A stretch of 64,000 nucleotides of DNA from Vicinamibacteria bacterium (GTDB taxonomy: Bacteria; Acidobacteriota; Vicinamibacteria; Marinacidobacterales; Marinacidobacteraceae): the NCBI GenBank assembly GCA_965199715.1, contig OZ241322.1, positions 1,664,001-1,728,000 on the forward strand. Reading direction: 5' to 3'. The notes under the pieces were generated by a model that was not told where the DNA came from, searched no databases, and saw nothing but the letters and a program-made list of their open reading frames with translations. Made by a program: the position numbers and the translations under genes. This document shows, piece by piece, positions 47,950 through 59,583 of this stretch; position 1 is the stretch's first letter; every line of letters starts with the position of its first letter.

Positions 47950-49043
47950 GGCGCCGGCTCCACCCGCGCCCGGAGGATCGCGATCCGCTCGAGCGGCGCC
48001 TCGTCCTCCCCGGCGGGGACGGCCTCGATCGCCTCGACCGTCTCGTAGCCCTCGACCACCTCGCCGAAGACCGTGTACTCGCCGTCGAGCCCGGGAGCTT
48101 CGCCGGTGACGATGAAGAAGCTGGTCATGGCGCTGTCGAGTTCCTCGAGCCGGGCCATGGACACGATCCCGGGCACGTGGGAGCGGTCGTTCAGCTCGGC
48201 GGGCACGTTGGTCACGTGCTTCTCCAGTTCCTCGGGGAGCTCCGGCTCCCTTGTCTCCATCCAGCCGGTCTGGATCACGAATCCGGGGACGACCCGGTGG
48301 AAGGCGGTGCCGTCGTACGCGCCGAGCGCGGCGAGCCGCAGGAAGTTGCGGGCGTGGATCGGGGCGACGTCCGGGAAGACCGCGATCCGGATCTCGCCCG
48401 CCGTGGTCTCGAGCACGACGTGGAAGTCCGCGAGCGCGGCGTCGGTCCCGCCCTCGAACGGAACCGCGGGCGGCGGCGGTCGGTCGCGGACCGACGCGCT
48501 CAGGATCTCGATCCGCTCGACGGGCATGCCCCGGTCGTCGGCCTCGACCTCGGAGAGCCGGGTCGCGACGCGCAACCCCTCGACCACTTCGGCGAAGACC
48601 GTGTAACCGCCGTCGAGCGGCGGCTGGTCGGTGATCACGATGAAGAACTGGGAGCCGGCGCTGTCCGGGTCACCCGGAACCTGCACCGCCGAGACCGCCC
48701 CCCGGACGTGGAGGAGGTCGTTCGGTTCCCGGGCGAGGCGTTGCAGCCCGCCGGTCCCGTAGCGTTCGACCGCTTCAGGGTCCTTCGTCTCGGGATCGCC
48801 GCCCTGGAGGATGCCCCGGGCGATCACCCGGTGGAAGGCGGTGCCGTCGTACGCGCCCTCCTCGGCCTGCTTCAGGAAGAAGGCGGTGTGGTTCGGGGCG
48901 GCCTCGGGCCGCACCTCAATGACGATCGGCCCCTCGGCGGTCTCGAGGACGACCTGCTTCCCGGTCATCTCCTCGACGGTCCGGTCGGCGGTGAAGGGCT
49001 CCTGCGCCGTCAGCGCGAGCGCCAACGGAATCCAGCGCCACAC
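47946..49043 (-). CDS. Secreted peptidyl-prolyl isomerase with two cyclophilin domains
   Basis: YDGTAFHRV twice, SQFFI/TSFFI, YTVF twice. Confidence 0.92.
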   Translation of the reverse strand: MWRWIPLALALTAQEPFTADRTVEEMTGKQVVLETAEGPIVIEVRPEAAPNHTAFFLKQAEEGAYDGTAFHRVIARGILQGGDPETKDPEAVERYGTGGLQRLAREPNDLLHVRGAVSAVQVPGDPDSAGSQFFIVITDQPPLDGGYTVFAEVVEGLRVATRLSEVEADDRGMPVERIEILSASVRDRPPPPAVPFEGGTDAALADFHVVLETTAGEIRIAVFPDVAPIHARNFLRLAALGAYDGTAFHRVVPGFVIQTGWMETREPELPEELEKHVTNVPAELNDRSHVPGIVSMARLEELDSAMTSFFIVTGEAPGLDGEYTVFGEVVEGYETVEAIEAVPAGEDEAPLERIAILRARVEPAP

Positions 49044-49085
49044 GTCCCTTCAGTCCTGAGTGCGGGCAGTATATTCCCGGCCCGC

Positions 49086-51821
49086 ATGAGTGAGATTTCG
49101 GTTCCCTTTCGTTCGCGGACGCTCGGAAACGGCCTCCGGGTGCTCCTTCACGAGGATCGGCGGCTGCCGCTCGCGCACGTCGCGCTCTGGTACCACGTCG
49201 GTTCCAAGAACGAGCGGCCGTGGCGCACCGGCTTCGCCCACCTGTTCGAGCACCTCATGTTCGAGGGTTCGCGCCACAACAACCGGCACTTCATCCGTCT
49301 CATGGAGGAGGCGGGGGCGAGCCTGTCGTCGGGAGGAGTGAACGGGACGACGAGCCACGACCGCACGAACTACTACGAAACGCTGCCGAAGGAGGCGCTC
49401 GGGGTGGCTCTGTGGGCCGAATCGGACCGCATGGCGTACCTGCTCGACGTTCTCGACCAGCACCGGCTCGACACCCAGCGCGAGGTGGTCCGCAACGAGC
49501 GGTTCCAGCGCATGGACAACGTCCCCTACGGAACCGCGTGGGAGAAGATGTTCCACGCCCTCTACCCGTCCGGCCATCCGTATTCGTGGGACGTGATCGG
49601 CGACATGGGGCACCTCGAGGCCGCCACGCTCGCCGAGGTCCATGACTTCTTCCGCACGTTCTACGTGCCGAACAACGCGGTGCTCGTGGTCGCGGGCGAC
49701 TTCGCCGAGCGCCGCGCGCTGGATCTCGTCGAGCGGTACTTCGGCTCGATCCCCGGGGGACCCGCGCCCGGGCGCCCGGCGGTTCCCCCCGACCGGCTCG
49801 GAACGACCCGGATCGTGCGCGTGGAGGAGGAGGTGCCGCACGCCCGGCTCTACTGCGGCTGGAGCACTGTTCCCTTCTTCCACGAGGACCAGCCGGCGCT
49901 CGAGATGCTCTCGGACCTGCTCTCCGACGGGCTCAACTCGCGCTTGTACCGGCGGCTCGTGTACGAGGATCGGATCGCGTCCAACGTCGGGGCGTTCCAG
50001 TACTCGCTGGAGGCCGGCGGGATCGCGGGGGCGGTCGTCACGGCCCGGCCCGACGAGCCGCTGGACCGCATCCGGGAGACGATGGACGAGGAGATCGCCC
50101 GGTTCGCCCGAGAGGGGCCGACCGACGAGGAGCTCGCGAAGGTGAAGGCGTCGCTCCAGGTCGCCTTCGTGGACGCGATGGAGCATCTCGCCGGCAAGGC
50201 CGACCTTCTCGCGCGCTACGAGACCTTCGCCGGCGACGCCGGCAAGATCGGCGACCACTTCGACCAGTACCGGAAGGTCACGAAGGAGGACCTGCGGGAC
50301 GCCTGCGCGCGCTACCTGACCGAGCCCCGGGTGGAGCTGCTCTACGGCGAGGGGCGGGGCGACGTCCCCGCCGGCCAGCCGGCGCCTCCCGCCGGGTGGG
50401 CCGACCCGCCTGCGGGCGCGACCCCGTCCGGCGCGCTCGTTTTCGAGCCGGACCGGAGCCGCTCCCCCCGGAAGGGTCGGACCGGGGCCTTCGGCGCGCC
50501 GCTGCCCGAGGAGATGCGCCTGTCGAACGGTCTGCGCCTGCTGGTGCACCCCCGGCGCGACCTTCCCAAGCTGGAGGCGGTGCTGACGGTGCCCGGGGGG
50601 CGCGCGGACGAAAGCCGCGCCGAGGCGGGCCTCGCGTCCATGACCGCGAGCATGATGGGGCGGGGAACCGAGAGCCGGTCGGCCAGCCGGTTCGAGTCGG
50701 ACGCGGACCGGATCGGCGCCGGTCTCGGCTGCTCGTCGGGCGGCGAGGCGACCCACCTCGCGTTCTCGTGCCTCACCGAGCACCTCGACCCGACGCTCGA
50801 CCTCGTCGCGGACATGCTGCGGAACCCGGCGTTCCGAACCGAGGAGCTGGAGCGGCTGGTTCCGCTGCGGCTCGACGGCCTGCGCTCGGCGCGGGTCCGC
50901 CCGGACGCGATCGTGCGTCGGGTCGCCCGGCGGCTCGTCTTCTCCGACGAGCATCCCTACGGCTGGCGCGCCGGCGGCGACGAGGCCTCGCTCGGGAAGA
51001 TGCGACCAGAGGATCTGAAGCGGTTCCACGAGACCCGCTATCCGGCGGACGGCGCGGCGCTCGTGCTCTGCGGCGACGTCGAGCCCGAAGCGATGCGCGC
51101 GCTCACGGATGAGCGTTTCGGCGACTGGAGCCCCGGCGGTCGGAGCGGCGCTTGCCTCGCGCCGCCCGTCCCCGAGTCCGCCCGCGGGGTCTTTCTCCAC
51201 GCGACGACCGTGCCCGCGCCCCAAGCCATGGTGAGCTGGGCGCGGCCCGGCCCCCCCGGGGACGCGCCGGACCGGCTCGCGTTACGGATCGCGCTCCATG
51301 TTCTCGGCGGTGGGTTCTCGAGCCGGCTGAACCTGACGCTGCGCGAACGGATGGGGGCCACCTACGGGGCGTTCGCCCGGATCCGCCAGCACCGCGGCGC
51401 CGGCTTCCTCGCCGCTTCGACCGCCATTCACGTCGAAAAGGCGGCGGAAGCGATCCCGGCGCTGCTGCGCGAGATCGCCGACCTCGGCTCCGGGCGCCGG
51501 CGCATCCTCGCGAAGGAGCTGGACGACGCCCGCCGCGCGTTCCTCCGCAGCCACGTCCACCGCTTCGAGACCTGCGGCAGCATCGCCGGCGCGATCACGT
51601 CCTGCCACGACCGGGGCCGCCCGCTGGAGGAGCTGCGGAACTACCCCGAGCGGGTGGCGGCGGTGTCCCGGGAGGAAGTCGTCGCGGCGGCCGCCCGCTA
51701 CCTCGTCCCCGAGTCCGGGGCGCTCGTGATCGTCGGGAACGCCGAGCCGCTCGCGCCGGCGCTCGAGTCGCTGGGAGCGGTCGTCCGGGTGGACGCGGAA
51801 GGGGCCCCGGTCGAGGCCTAG
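49086..51821 (+). CDS. M16 (pitrilysin-like) zinc peptidase, two-module
   Basis: GFAHLFEHLMF (HxxEH), NGTT, VRNER, SRLNLTLRE..GATYG. Confidence 0.92.
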   Translation: MSEISVPFRSRTLGNGLRVLLHEDRRLPLAHVALWYHVGSKNERPWRTGFAHLFEHLMFEGSRHNNRHFIRLMEEAGASLSSGGVNGTTSHDRTNYYETLPKEALGVALWAESDRMAYLLDVLDQHRLDTQREVVRNERFQRMDNVPYGTAWEKMFHALYPSGHPYSWDVIGDMGHLEAATLAEVHDFFRTFYVPNNAVLVVAGDFAERRALDLVERYFGSIPGGPAPGRPAVPPDRLGTTRIVRVEEEVPHARLYCGWSTVPFFHEDQPALEMLSDLLSDGLNSRLYRRLVYEDRIASNVGAFQYSLEAGGIAGAVVTARPDEPLDRIRETMDEEIARFAREGPTDEELAKVKASLQVAFVDAMEHLAGKADLLARYETFAGDAGKIGDHFDQYRKVTKEDLRDACARYLTEPRVELLYGEGRGDVPAGQPAPPAGWADPPAGATPSGALVFEPDRSRSPRKGRTGAFGAPLPEEMRLSNGLRLLVHPRRDLPKLEAVLTVPGGRADESRAEAGLASMTASMMGRGTESRSASRFESDADRIGAGLGCSSGGEATHLAFSCLTEHLDPTLDLVADMLRNPAFRTEELERLVPLRLDGLRSARVRPDAIVRRVARRLVFSDEHPYGWRAGGDEASLGKMRPEDLKRFHETRYPADGAALVLCGDVEPEAMRALTDERFGDWSPGGRSGACLAPPVPESARGVFLHATTVPAPQAMVSWARPGPPGDAPDRLALRIALHVLGGGFSSRLNLTLRERMGATYGAFARIRQHRGAGFLAASTAIHVEKAAEAIPALLREIADLGSGRRRILAKELDDARRAFLRSHVHRFETCGSIAGAITSCHDRGRPLEELRNYPERVAAVSREEVVAAAARYLVPESGALVIVGNAEPLAPALESLGAVVRVDAEGAPVEA

Positions 51822-53242
51822 TCCCGGTTGCGGCCGAACAGCGTGCGCATGACCTCTGGGTCGGGCACCGGGAGCGGGTAGTTCCCCGAGAAGCAGGCGT
51901 CGCAGTAGCGATCCTGCTCGTGGTCCATCGCCTCCCACATCGCGTCGAGCGGCAGGTAGGCCAGGCTGTCCGCGTTCAGGTACTCCCGGATTTCCTCCAC
52001 GCTGTGCTTCGCGGCTATGAGCTCGGACTTGCTCGGGGTGTCGATGCCGTAGTGGCAGGGGCCGGTCGTCGGCGGCGACGAGACCCGGAAGTGGACTTCC
52101 GCGGCGCCGGCGTTCCGCGCCAACTGGACGAGCTTCCGGCTGGTCGTGCCGCGCACGATCGAGTCGTCGATGAGCACGACCCGCTTCCCCTCCATGATCC
52201 CGGGGACCGGGTTCAGCTTGATGCGCACGCCGAAATTGCGGATCGACTGGCTGGGCTCGATGAACGTGCGGCCCACGTAGTGGTTGCGGATGAGCCCGAA
52301 TTCCATGGGGATTCCGGCGGTCCGCGAGTAGCCGATCGCGGCGATGAGCCCCGAGTCGGGAACCGGGACCACGATGTCGGCCGGCACGCCGGTGTTGCGG
52401 GCGAGCGCGGCGCCGAGCGCGATGCGGGTCCGATAGACCTCGCGCCCGAAGACCCGGCTGTCGGGCCGGGCGAAGTAGATGTGCTCGAAGACGCACTGCG
52501 CGGGCGGGGCCGGCTCGAATACGCGGAAGCTCTCCACTCCCGCGTCGGTGATCCGCAGCAGCTCGCCCGCCTCGACGTCGCGGACGTACTCGGCGTCCAG
52601 CAGGTCGAGCGCGCAGGTCTCGGAGCAGACCACGTGCCCGTGGCCGGCCCGCGCCAGCACCAGCGGCCGGAACCCGCGCGGATCGCGGACGGCGTACAGC
52701 GCGTTCTTCGTGAGGAACAGCAGCGAGAACGCGCCCTCGGTCTGGCGGACGGCCTCGCACACCGCGTCGAACTCGTGGTCCTGGCCCGACTTGGCGAACA
52801 GATGCAGCAGCACCTCGGTGTCGCTCGTGGTCCGGAAGATGGATCCCCGGTCCACGAGCCGCCGCCGCAGCGTGTGGGCGTTCACGAGGTTCCCGTTGTG
52901 GCAGACCGCGATCTCGCCGAACTTGCACTCGATGTGGAGCGGCTGGATGTTCCGCGTGCTCGTGTCGCCCGCGGTCGAGTACCGGGTGTGGCCGATCGCG
53001 GCGCGTCCGGGGAGCGACTCCAGCGTCGCCCGGTCGAAGACGTCCGCCACGTAGCCGCTGCCGTTACGCCCGATCAACCCCTCGCCGTCGGGACGGACGG
53101 TGACGACGCCGGCAGCCTCCTGCCCCCGATGCTGCTGGGCGTAGAGCGCGAGATAGGCGCGGCGCGCCGCCTCCGGGCGGTTCCAGACCCCGACGACCGC
53201 GCACTCCTCGCGGAACCCGTCGGGCGGCGGGGGGAGGCTCAT
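51818..53242 (-). CDS. purF: Amidophosphoribosyltransferase
   Basis: [39 protein letters not shown]. Confidence 0.97.
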   Translation of the reverse strand: MSLPPPPDGFREECAVVGVWNRPEAARRAYLALYAQQHRGQEAAGVVTVRPDGEGLIGRNGSGYVADVFDRATLESLPGRAAIGHTRYSTAGDTSTRNIQPLHIECKFGEIAVCHNGNLVNAHTLRRRLVDRGSIFRTTSDTEVLLHLFAKSGQDHEFDAVCEAVRQTEGAFSLLFLTKNALYAVRDPRGFRPLVLARAGHGHVVCSETCALDLLDAEYVRDVEAGELLRITDAGVESFRVFEPAPPAQCVFEHIYFARPDSRVFGREVYRTRIALGAALARNTGVPADIVVPVPDSGLIAAIGYSRTAGIPMEFGLIRNHYVGRTFIEPSQSIRNFGVRIKLNPVPGIMEGKRVVLIDDSIVRGTTSRKLVQLARNAGAAEVHFRVSSPPTTGPCHYGIDTPSKSELIAAKHSVEEIREYLNADSLAYLPLDAMWEAMDHEQDRYCDACFSGNYPLPVPDPEVMRTLFGRNRD

Positions 53243-55425
53243 GCCCCGGTGAGCCTACCGAGCCCGTTGCGGAAGCGCTCGGTCACCGTCGCGACGGGAA
53301 GCTCGATCGTCGCGGCCCCGTTCAGCCGCACGCGCAGCGAGTCGCCCCCGACCGTCCCGATCCGCAGCAGCGGAACCCCGGCGCGTTCCGCGAGCGCCAG
53401 GACTTCGTCGGCGCGCTTGTCGGGAACGCTCACCAGCGCCCGCGCCACGCCCTCGCCCCACAGGACGCCCTCGGCCCGGCCCGGGCACGCCAGATCGAGC
53501 GCCGCGCCGCGCCCGCCGAGGCTCTCGACCGCCTGCGCCAGCAGGCCGCCTTCCGAAAGATCCCGCGCCGAGGTCAGGACCCCGGCCGCCGAACGGAGGA
53601 AGGCGCCGAGGCGGATCTCGGCGGCGAGGTCGGGCTTCGGCGGCCGGCCGTCGGTGCGCCCGAAGCGCTCCTTCAGGTACGCGCTCGCGCCCATTGCGCC
53701 CGGATCCTCCGGCCCCGCGAGCAGGAGCGCGTCGCCGTCTCCGAAGCGCTGGCCGATGCGCTTCCCGGCGTCCTCGAGCGCGCCCACGACCCCGACCACC
53801 GGGGTCGGGAAAATCCCGGCGTCGTCGGTCTCGTTGTAAAGACTCACGTTGCCGCCGGTGATCGGGACTCCGAACGCTTGGAGCGCCTCGCTCATCCCGG
53901 CGATCGCCTCGGCGAACTGCCACATGATCTCGGGGCGCTCGGGGTTCGAGAAGTTGAGGCAGTTCGTCGCGCCGATGGGAATCGCCCCCACGGAGGCGAG
54001 GTTGCGGCAGGCTTCCGACACCGCGAGCGCCCCGCCGCGCCGGGGGTCCCGCGCCGTCCAGCGCCCGTTCCCGTCGAGCGTCATTGCGATCCCGAGGCGG
54101 GATCCCTTGATCCGGACCACGCCGGCGCTCCCACCGGGGCGGACCAGCGTGTCGCTGCGCACCATGTGGTCGTACTGCTCGTACACGAAGCGGCGGCTCG
54201 CGAGCTCGGCGCACCCGGCCATCCCGAGCGCCGCCTCGTTCCAGTCGGTCGGCTCGGGCAGGCTCGTCGCCGGGACCTCCGGCTCGGGCGGAAGCGCGCG
54301 GACCGGGCGGTCCAGCACCGGGGCGTCGTCGGTGAGCGCCCGGCAGGGGAGCTCCGCCGCGACCTTCCCGCCGTGGCGCGCCCGCAGCAGGCCGTCGCCG
54401 CTGACCCGCCCGATGGCGGCGGCGTCGAGGTCCCACTTGCGGAACACCCGCCGCACCTCGTCCTCGCGGCCCGGCCGGACCGCCATGAGCATCCGCTCCT
54501 GCGACTCGGAGAGCAGGATCTCGTAGGCGCTCATCCCCGACTCGCGCTGGGGCACCAGATCGAGGTCCACCTCGACTCCGGCGCCGCCCCGCGACGCCAT
54601 CTCGGCGGTGGAGCAGGTGATTCCGGCGGCCCCCATGTCCTGGACCCCGAGCAGCGCGTCGCCCCGCATGAGCTCGAGGCACGCCTCCATGAGCAGTTTC
54701 TCGAGGAAGGGGTCGCCGACCTGCACCGTGGGGCGCTTCGCCTCCGCCTCCTCGTCGAAGGACGCCGACGCCATGGACGCGCCGTGGATGCCGTCGCGGC
54801 CGGTCTTCGCGCCGACGCACCAGATCGGGCTTCCGGGAACGTCGGCGCGGGCGCGGAAGATGCGGTCGGCGGGCGCGACCCCGAGCGCGAAGGCGTTCAC
54901 CAGCGGGTTCAGCGAGTAGCAGTCCTCGAAGAAGACCTCCCCGCCGACGGTCGGGATCCCCATGCTGTTGCCGTAGTTCGCGATTCCGGCGACCGCCCCG
55001 GCGAACAGCGCCCGGTTCTTCGGGTTCTCGAGCGGCCCGAACCGCAGCGAGTTCATCAGGGCCACCGGCCGGGCGCCCATGGTGAACACGTCGCGCAGGA
55101 TGCCGCCCACGCCGGTCGCCGCCCCCTGGAAGGGTTCGATGAACGTGGGGTGGTTGTGCGACTCCACCTTGAACACGACGGCGAGCCCCTCGCCGAGGAG
55201 CGCCGCGCCGGCGTTCTCGCCCGGCCCCTCCAGCACTCTCGGCGACTCGGTCGGGAAGCGGGCGAGATGACGCTTCGACGACTTGTAGGAGCAGTGCTCC
55301 GACCACATCGCCGAGAACATGCCGAGCTCGTTCCCATTGGGCGCGCGGCCCAGCAGGCCGACGATGCGCTGGAATTCCTCCCGGGTGAGGCCCGAGGCGA
55401 GCGCCGCCTCGACGGTCGCGCTCAC
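53239..55425 (-). CDS. purL: Phosphoribosylformylglycinamidine synthase subunit PurL
   Basis: [44 protein letters not shown]. Confidence 0.97.
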   Translation of the reverse strand: MSATVEAALASGLTREEFQRIVGLLGRAPNGNELGMFSAMWSEHCSYKSSKRHLARFPTESPRVLEGPGENAGAALLGEGLAVVFKVESHNHPTFIEPFQGAATGVGGILRDVFTMGARPVALMNSLRFGPLENPKNRALFAGAVAGIANYGNSMGIPTVGGEVFFEDCYSLNPLVNAFALGVAPADRIFRARADVPGSPIWCVGAKTGRDGIHGASMASASFDEEAEAKRPTVQVGDPFLEKLLMEACLELMRGDALLGVQDMGAAGITCSTAEMASRGGAGVEVDLDLVPQRESGMSAYEILLSESQERMLMAVRPGREDEVRRVFRKWDLDAAAIGRVSGDGLLRARHGGKVAAELPCRALTDDAPVLDRPVRALPPEPEVPATSLPEPTDWNEAALGMAGCAELASRRFVYEQYDHMVRSDTLVRPGGSAGVVRIKGSRLGIAMTLDGNGRWTARDPRRGGALAVSEACRNLASVGAIPIGATNCLNFSNPERPEIMWQFAEAIAGMSEALQAFGVPITGGNVSLYNETDDAGIFPTPVVGVVGALEDAGKRIGQRFGDGDALLLAGPEDPGAMGASAYLKERFGRTDGRPPKPDLAAEIRLGAFLRSAAGVLTSARDLSEGGLLAQAVESLGGRGAALDLACPGRAEGVLWGEGVARALVSVPDKRADEVLALAERAGVPLLRIGTVGGDSLRVRLNGAATIELPVATVTERFRNGLGRLTGA

Positions 55426-56093
55426 GACTCGGCGTAGCGGACCATGCTCTCGAACAGGAGCCGCCCGTCGGTCCCGCCGAGATCCGCCTCGTAGGCGCGG
55501 TCCGGGTGCGGCATCATCGCCGCCACGTTCCCCCGTTCGTTGCGCACTCCGGCAATCCCGTCGCGCGAGCCGTTGGGGTTGGCTTCGTCGGCGATCTCGC
55601 CGGCCTCGTCGCAGTAGCGGAAGATCGCCCGAACCTCTTCCGCCGCCCGGAAATTGCCCTCGGCGTGGCCCACCGGCATCCGCAGCACCGTCCCCGGTGG
55701 GACGCCGCAGGTGAGCGGCGAGTCGGAGTCCTCGACCCGGATCCGCACGTCCCGGCAGACGTAGGCGAGCGACCGGTTCTTCAGCATCGCCCCCGGCAGG
55801 AGGCCCGCCTCCTGGAGGATCTGGAAGCCGTTGCAGATTCCGGCGACGGGCCGTCCCGACGCCGCCATCCGGACGAGCGGGGCCATCACCGGGGAGAAGC
55901 GGGCGAGGCTCCCGGCGCGCAGGTAATCGCCGTGGGCGAACCCGCCGGGGATCACCGCGGCGTCGAAGCCGTCGAGCGAGCCCTCCTGGTGCCAGACGAG
56001 CGCCGCGTCCCGCCCGGTGACGGCGCGGATCGCGTGCTGCACGTCGCCCTCGCAGTTCGTCCCGGGGAAGACCACGACCGCGAAGCGGGTCAT
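55422..56093 (-). CDS. purQ: FGAM synthase glutaminase subunit PurQ
   Basis: [31 protein letters not shown]. Confidence 0.96.
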   Translation of the reverse strand: MTRFAVVVFPGTNCEGDVQHAIRAVTGRDAALVWHQEGSLDGFDAAVIPGGFAHGDYLRAGSLARFSPVMAPLVRMAASGRPVAGICNGFQILQEAGLLPGAMLKNRSLAYVCRDVRIRVEDSDSPLTCGVPPGTVLRMPVGHAEGNFRAAEEVRAIFRYCDEAGEIADEANPNGSRDGIAGVRNERGNVAAMMPHPDRAYEADLGGTDGRLLFESMVRYAES

Positions 56094-56335
56094 TCCGACG
56101 GTTCCACGCTCCAGTCCTCGAGAACCGGGTTGGCGAGAACGTCCTGCGCGGTCGCCTCGGCGATCCGTCGCGCCTCTTCGGCCGAAGCGGCCTCGATCTC
56201 GATCTCGAACAGCTTGCCCTGGCGGATCGCGACGACGCTCGGCTCCCGGTGGGCGATGGCGCGGCGGATCGCCTCGCCCTGCGGGTCGTACACCGAGGGG
56301 CGAAGGCGGATCGCGACCCGGAACCGGAAGCTCAT
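56090..56335 (-). CDS. purS: FGAM synthase subunit PurS
   Basis: [21 protein letters not shown]. Confidence 0.92.
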   Translation of the reverse strand: MSFRFRVAIRLRPSVYDPQGEAIRRAIAHREPSVVAIRQGKLFEIEIEAASAEEARRIAEATAQDVLANPVLEDWSVEPSE

Positions 56336-57630
56336 TCCGCGAACACCCGCTCGAAGATCGCGTCCAGATGACGAAGCTGCACGTCGAGATCGAACGCGGC
56401 GTCCAGCTCGTCGTCCCCGAGGAGCGCGGTGACCCGCTCGTCCTCGCCGAGCCGCTGGCGGAGCGAGCCGCCGTCGGACCACAGCTTCATGGCCGCTCCC
56501 TGCACCATGCCGTAGGCGTCCTCCCGCGAGACGCCCCGCGCCGCGAGGTCGAGCAGCACCTGGCCGCTGAAGACCATGCCGTTCATGCGCTCGAGGTTCG
56601 CGCGCATCGCGTCCTCCCGCACGACGAGCCGGTCGAGGACGCCGGTCATCCGCAGCAGGACGTGGTCGGCGAGCTGGAAGCTCTGGGGGATCGTCATCCG
56701 CTCCGCCGACGAGTGCGAGATGTCCCGCTCGTTCCACAGCGCGATGTTCTCGAACGCCGGCATGGCGTTCGCCCGAAGAATCCGCGCGAGGCCGCACACC
56801 TGTTCGCAGCCGACCGGGTTGCGCTTGTGCGGCATCGCCGAGGAGCCCTTCTGCCCCTTCCCGAACGGCTCCTCCAGCTCGCGGATTTCGGTCCGCTGGA
56901 GGTTGCGGATCTCGGTGGCGATCTTCTCGAGCGTCCCGCCGAGGATGGCGAGCGCGGCGGCGAGCTCGGCGTGGCGGTCGCGCTGGACCACCTGGGTGGA
57001 GATGGGGGCCGGTTCCAGCCCCAGCGCGTCGCAGACCCGCTGTTCCACCGAGGGCGGCAGCTTGGCGAAGGTTCCCACCGCGCCGCTCAGCTTCCCGACG
57101 CGCACGGCCTCCCGGGCCGCTTCGAGCCGGCGGCGGTTGCGCCCCATCTCCGCCCACCAGAGCGCGAGCTTCATCCCGAACGTCATCGGCTCGGCGTGGA
57201 CACCATGCGTCCGCCCAACCATGACGGTGCCCCGATGCTCGAAGGCGCGGCGCTTCAGGACGTCCCGGATCCGGTCCACCCGCTCGAGGATCAGGTCCGC
57301 CGAGCGGACCATGCGGGTCGCGAGCGCGGTATCGACGACGTCGGAGCTGGTGAGGCCGAAGTGGATCCAGCGCCCCTGCGGCCCCACGTGTTCGGCCATC
57401 GACTGCGTGAAGGCGACGACGTCGTGCTGGACGGTCTTCTCGATCTCGTGGATGCGGGCGACGTCGAACCCCGCTCGCTCTTGGATCGCCTCGGCCGCCG
57501 ACTCGGGGATCAGCCCCTCGGCGGCGGTGGCGACGGCGGCCGCCACCTCGACCTCCATCCACGACCCAAAGAGCGCCTCGTCGGTCCAGATGGCCCCCAT
57601 CTCGGGGCGGACGTACCGCCTCGTGAGCAT
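56332..57630 (-). CDS. purB: Adenylosuccinate lyase
   Basis: HDVVAF, GRTHGVHAEP, GSSAMPHKRNP, ERDISHSS. Confidence 0.97.
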   Translation of the reverse strand: MLTRRYVRPEMGAIWTDEALFGSWMEVEVAAAVATAAEGLIPESAAEAIQERAGFDVARIHEIEKTVQHDVVAFTQSMAEHVGPQGRWIHFGLTSSDVVDTALATRMVRSADLILERVDRIRDVLKRRAFEHRGTVMVGRTHGVHAEPMTFGMKLALWWAEMGRNRRRLEAAREAVRVGKLSGAVGTFAKLPPSVEQRVCDALGLEPAPISTQVVQRDRHAELAAALAILGGTLEKIATEIRNLQRTEIRELEEPFGKGQKGSSAMPHKRNPVGCEQVCGLARILRANAMPAFENIALWNERDISHSSAERMTIPQSFQLADHVLLRMTGVLDRLVVREDAMRANLERMNGMVFSGQVLLDLAARGVSREDAYGMVQGAAMKLWSDGGSLRQRLGEDERVTALLGDDELDAAFDLDVQLRHLDAIFERVFAE

Positions 57631-58436
57631 CAGGCGATCGCGAGGCGGGGCGCCTCGAACCGGGTCGCCACCTCGGGCGTGGGCTCGCCGCGGCGGGCGA
57701 CGAGGAGACGCACGTCGAACCGGCCGGCGGCCTCAAGCGCCTCCTGCGCGGTGCGCAACGCGAGTTCGGGCGAGTTGGTGTTCTGCGAGAGATGCGCCAG
57801 CACGACCGTGTGGACCGAGCGCGGCAAGCTGCGGCGCAGGTAGGCGGCGAGGGCGCCGTTCGAGAGGTGCCCGTATTCGGACGCGATCCGCAGTCGGGTG
57901 CTGAACGGATAGGGGCTCTCGTGGAGTTCCTGCTCGTCGTAGTTGGACTCGATGAGCAGGAGCGAGGCGTCCTCGATCGCGGCCGCCGTCTCCCGGTTGA
58001 CGTGCCCGATGTCGGTGACGAGGACCGCCCGCTCGCCCCGATGTTCGAAGCGAAAGCCCACCGGCTCCTCGGCGTCGTGCGGCGTCGGGAAGCAGACGGC
58101 CGTCAGCGCCCCGATGCGCAGCGGCTCGGTGGGGACGATCCGTGTCCAGGCGCAGTCGTCGCCGCCCATGCGGCGCCACGTGCCGGCCGTGGCGACGACC
58201 GGAGTCCCATGCCGCCGCGCGAACGGCAGCGCGCCCCGGCAGTGGTCGCCGTGCTCGTGCGATACGAACACCGCCCGGACCTCGGTGGGATCGCTTCCGG
58301 CGGCCCGGATCCGCGCCTCGATCGTGCTGCCGGCGAGGCCCGCCTCGACCAGCACGGTGGTCCCGCCGGCGGTCACGAGGCTCGCGTTCCCCGAGCTTCC
58401 GGAGCCGAGCACCCGCAATCTGACGCCGGTCATCAT
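57630..58436 (-). CDS. MBL-fold metallohydrolase (YycJ/WalJ-like)
   Basis: LGSGSSGN, SHEHGDH, PHDA, IESNYD, GHLSN, LAHLSQNTN. Confidence 0.9.
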   Translation of the reverse strand: MMTGVRLRVLGSGSSGNASLVTAGGTTVLVEAGLAGSTIEARIRAAGSDPTEVRAVFVSHEHGDHCRGALPFARRHGTPVVATAGTWRRMGGDDCAWTRIVPTEPLRIGALTAVCFPTPHDAEEPVGFRFEHRGERAVLVTDIGHVNRETAAAIEDASLLLIESNYDEQELHESPYPFSTRLRIASEYGHLSNGALAAYLRRSLPRSVHTVVLAHLSQNTNSPELALRTAQEALEAAGRFDVRLLVARRGEPTPEVATRFEAPRLAIA

Positions 58437-58521
58437 GGGGCGGGGAGAGTACCAGACGAACCCCAACATCTTGTGGTCCGTCCGCGGTCCCCCCACAACC
58501 CCTAGTGGGTAAGCTCGCCGC

Positions 58522-59580
58522 GTGGAAAACCTCTTCGGCCGGTCCCGGAGCGCGCTCGAGGCCCTCGCCGGCGAGCTGGAGCTGCCCGCCTTCCGGGGGC
58601 GGCAGATCTTCCGGCACCTGTACCGCCGGGGCGCATCCGGGTTCGACGGGATGACCGATCTGGGCAAGGAGCTGCGCGCCCGGCTCGCCGGGCGGTTCCG
58701 CATCGCGCACCCCGAAGTGGCCCGGCGGGAAGCGTCCGCCGACGGCAGCGAAAAGCTGCTCCTGCGGCTCGAGGACGGCCTTCTGGTCGAGACGGTGCGG
58801 ATACCGAGCCGCCGCTCGGAGGTCGGCGAGCGCTCCGGGCGTTCCGCCGATTCGGGCGATCTCACCGTGTGCGTCTCCACCCAGGTCGGCTGTCCGCTCG
58901 CGTGCACCTTCTGCCGCTCGGGGAGCGTGCAGTTCCGCCGCAACCTGACTCCCGGCGAGATCGCAGCCCAGGTGCTGCTTTCGGGCGGCGAGCCGGGCGG
59001 GCGGCGCAACGTCGTCTTCATGGGCATGGGGGAGCCGCTGCTGAACGTCGAGGGCGTGCTGGGGGCGCTGGAGCTTCTGACCGACAGCGAGGGCTTTGGG
59101 GTCCCGGCGCGGCGGATCACGGTCTCCACCGTCGGGCTGCCCGACGAGATCGCCCGCATCGGCCGGGCCGCGCCCCGAGTCGGGCTCGCGATCAGCCTCC
59201 ACGCGCCCGACGACGAGAGCCGGGTCCGATGGATGCCGATCGGCCGCCGTCACTCCATGGATGCCGTCTTCGCCGCGCTCGAGGCGCTCCCGCAGGATCC
59301 GCGGCGGCGGGTCACGATCGAGTACGTGCTGCTGGGCGGCGAGAACGACCGGGCTGCCGACGCCGGGATGCTGGTTCGGCGGCTCCGCCGGCTCGCGTTC
59401 CGCCCCATGGTCAACCTGATCGGGTTCAACCCGTGGCCCGGCGCGCCGCACCGCAGAGGATCCGAAGCGGACGCAGAACGCTTCCTGGGCGCGGTCGCCG
59501 CCGCCGGATTCGCGGCCACGCTCCGGCGCAGCCGCGGCGGCGACGTGAACGCCGCCTGCGGCCAGCTCGCGGCGGGTTGA
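58522..59580 (+). CDS. rlmN: 23S rRNA (A2503-C2) methyltransferase RlmN
   Basis: STQVGCPLACTFC, MGMGEP, ISLHA, AACGQL. Confidence 0.95.
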   Translation: MENLFGRSRSALEALAGELELPAFRGRQIFRHLYRRGASGFDGMTDLGKELRARLAGRFRIAHPEVARREASADGSEKLLLRLEDGLLVETVRIPSRRSEVGERSGRSADSGDLTVCVSTQVGCPLACTFCRSGSVQFRRNLTPGEIAAQVLLSGGEPGGRRNVVFMGMGEPLLNVEGVLGALELLTDSEGFGVPARRITVSTVGLPDEIARIGRAAPRVGLAISLHAPDDESRVRWMPIGRRHSMDAVFAALEALPQDPRRRVTIEYVLLGGENDRAADAGMLVRRLRRLAFRPMVNLIGFNPWPGAPHRRGSEADAERFLGAVAAAGFAATLRRSRGGDVNAACGQLAAG

Positions 59581-59583
59581 GGA

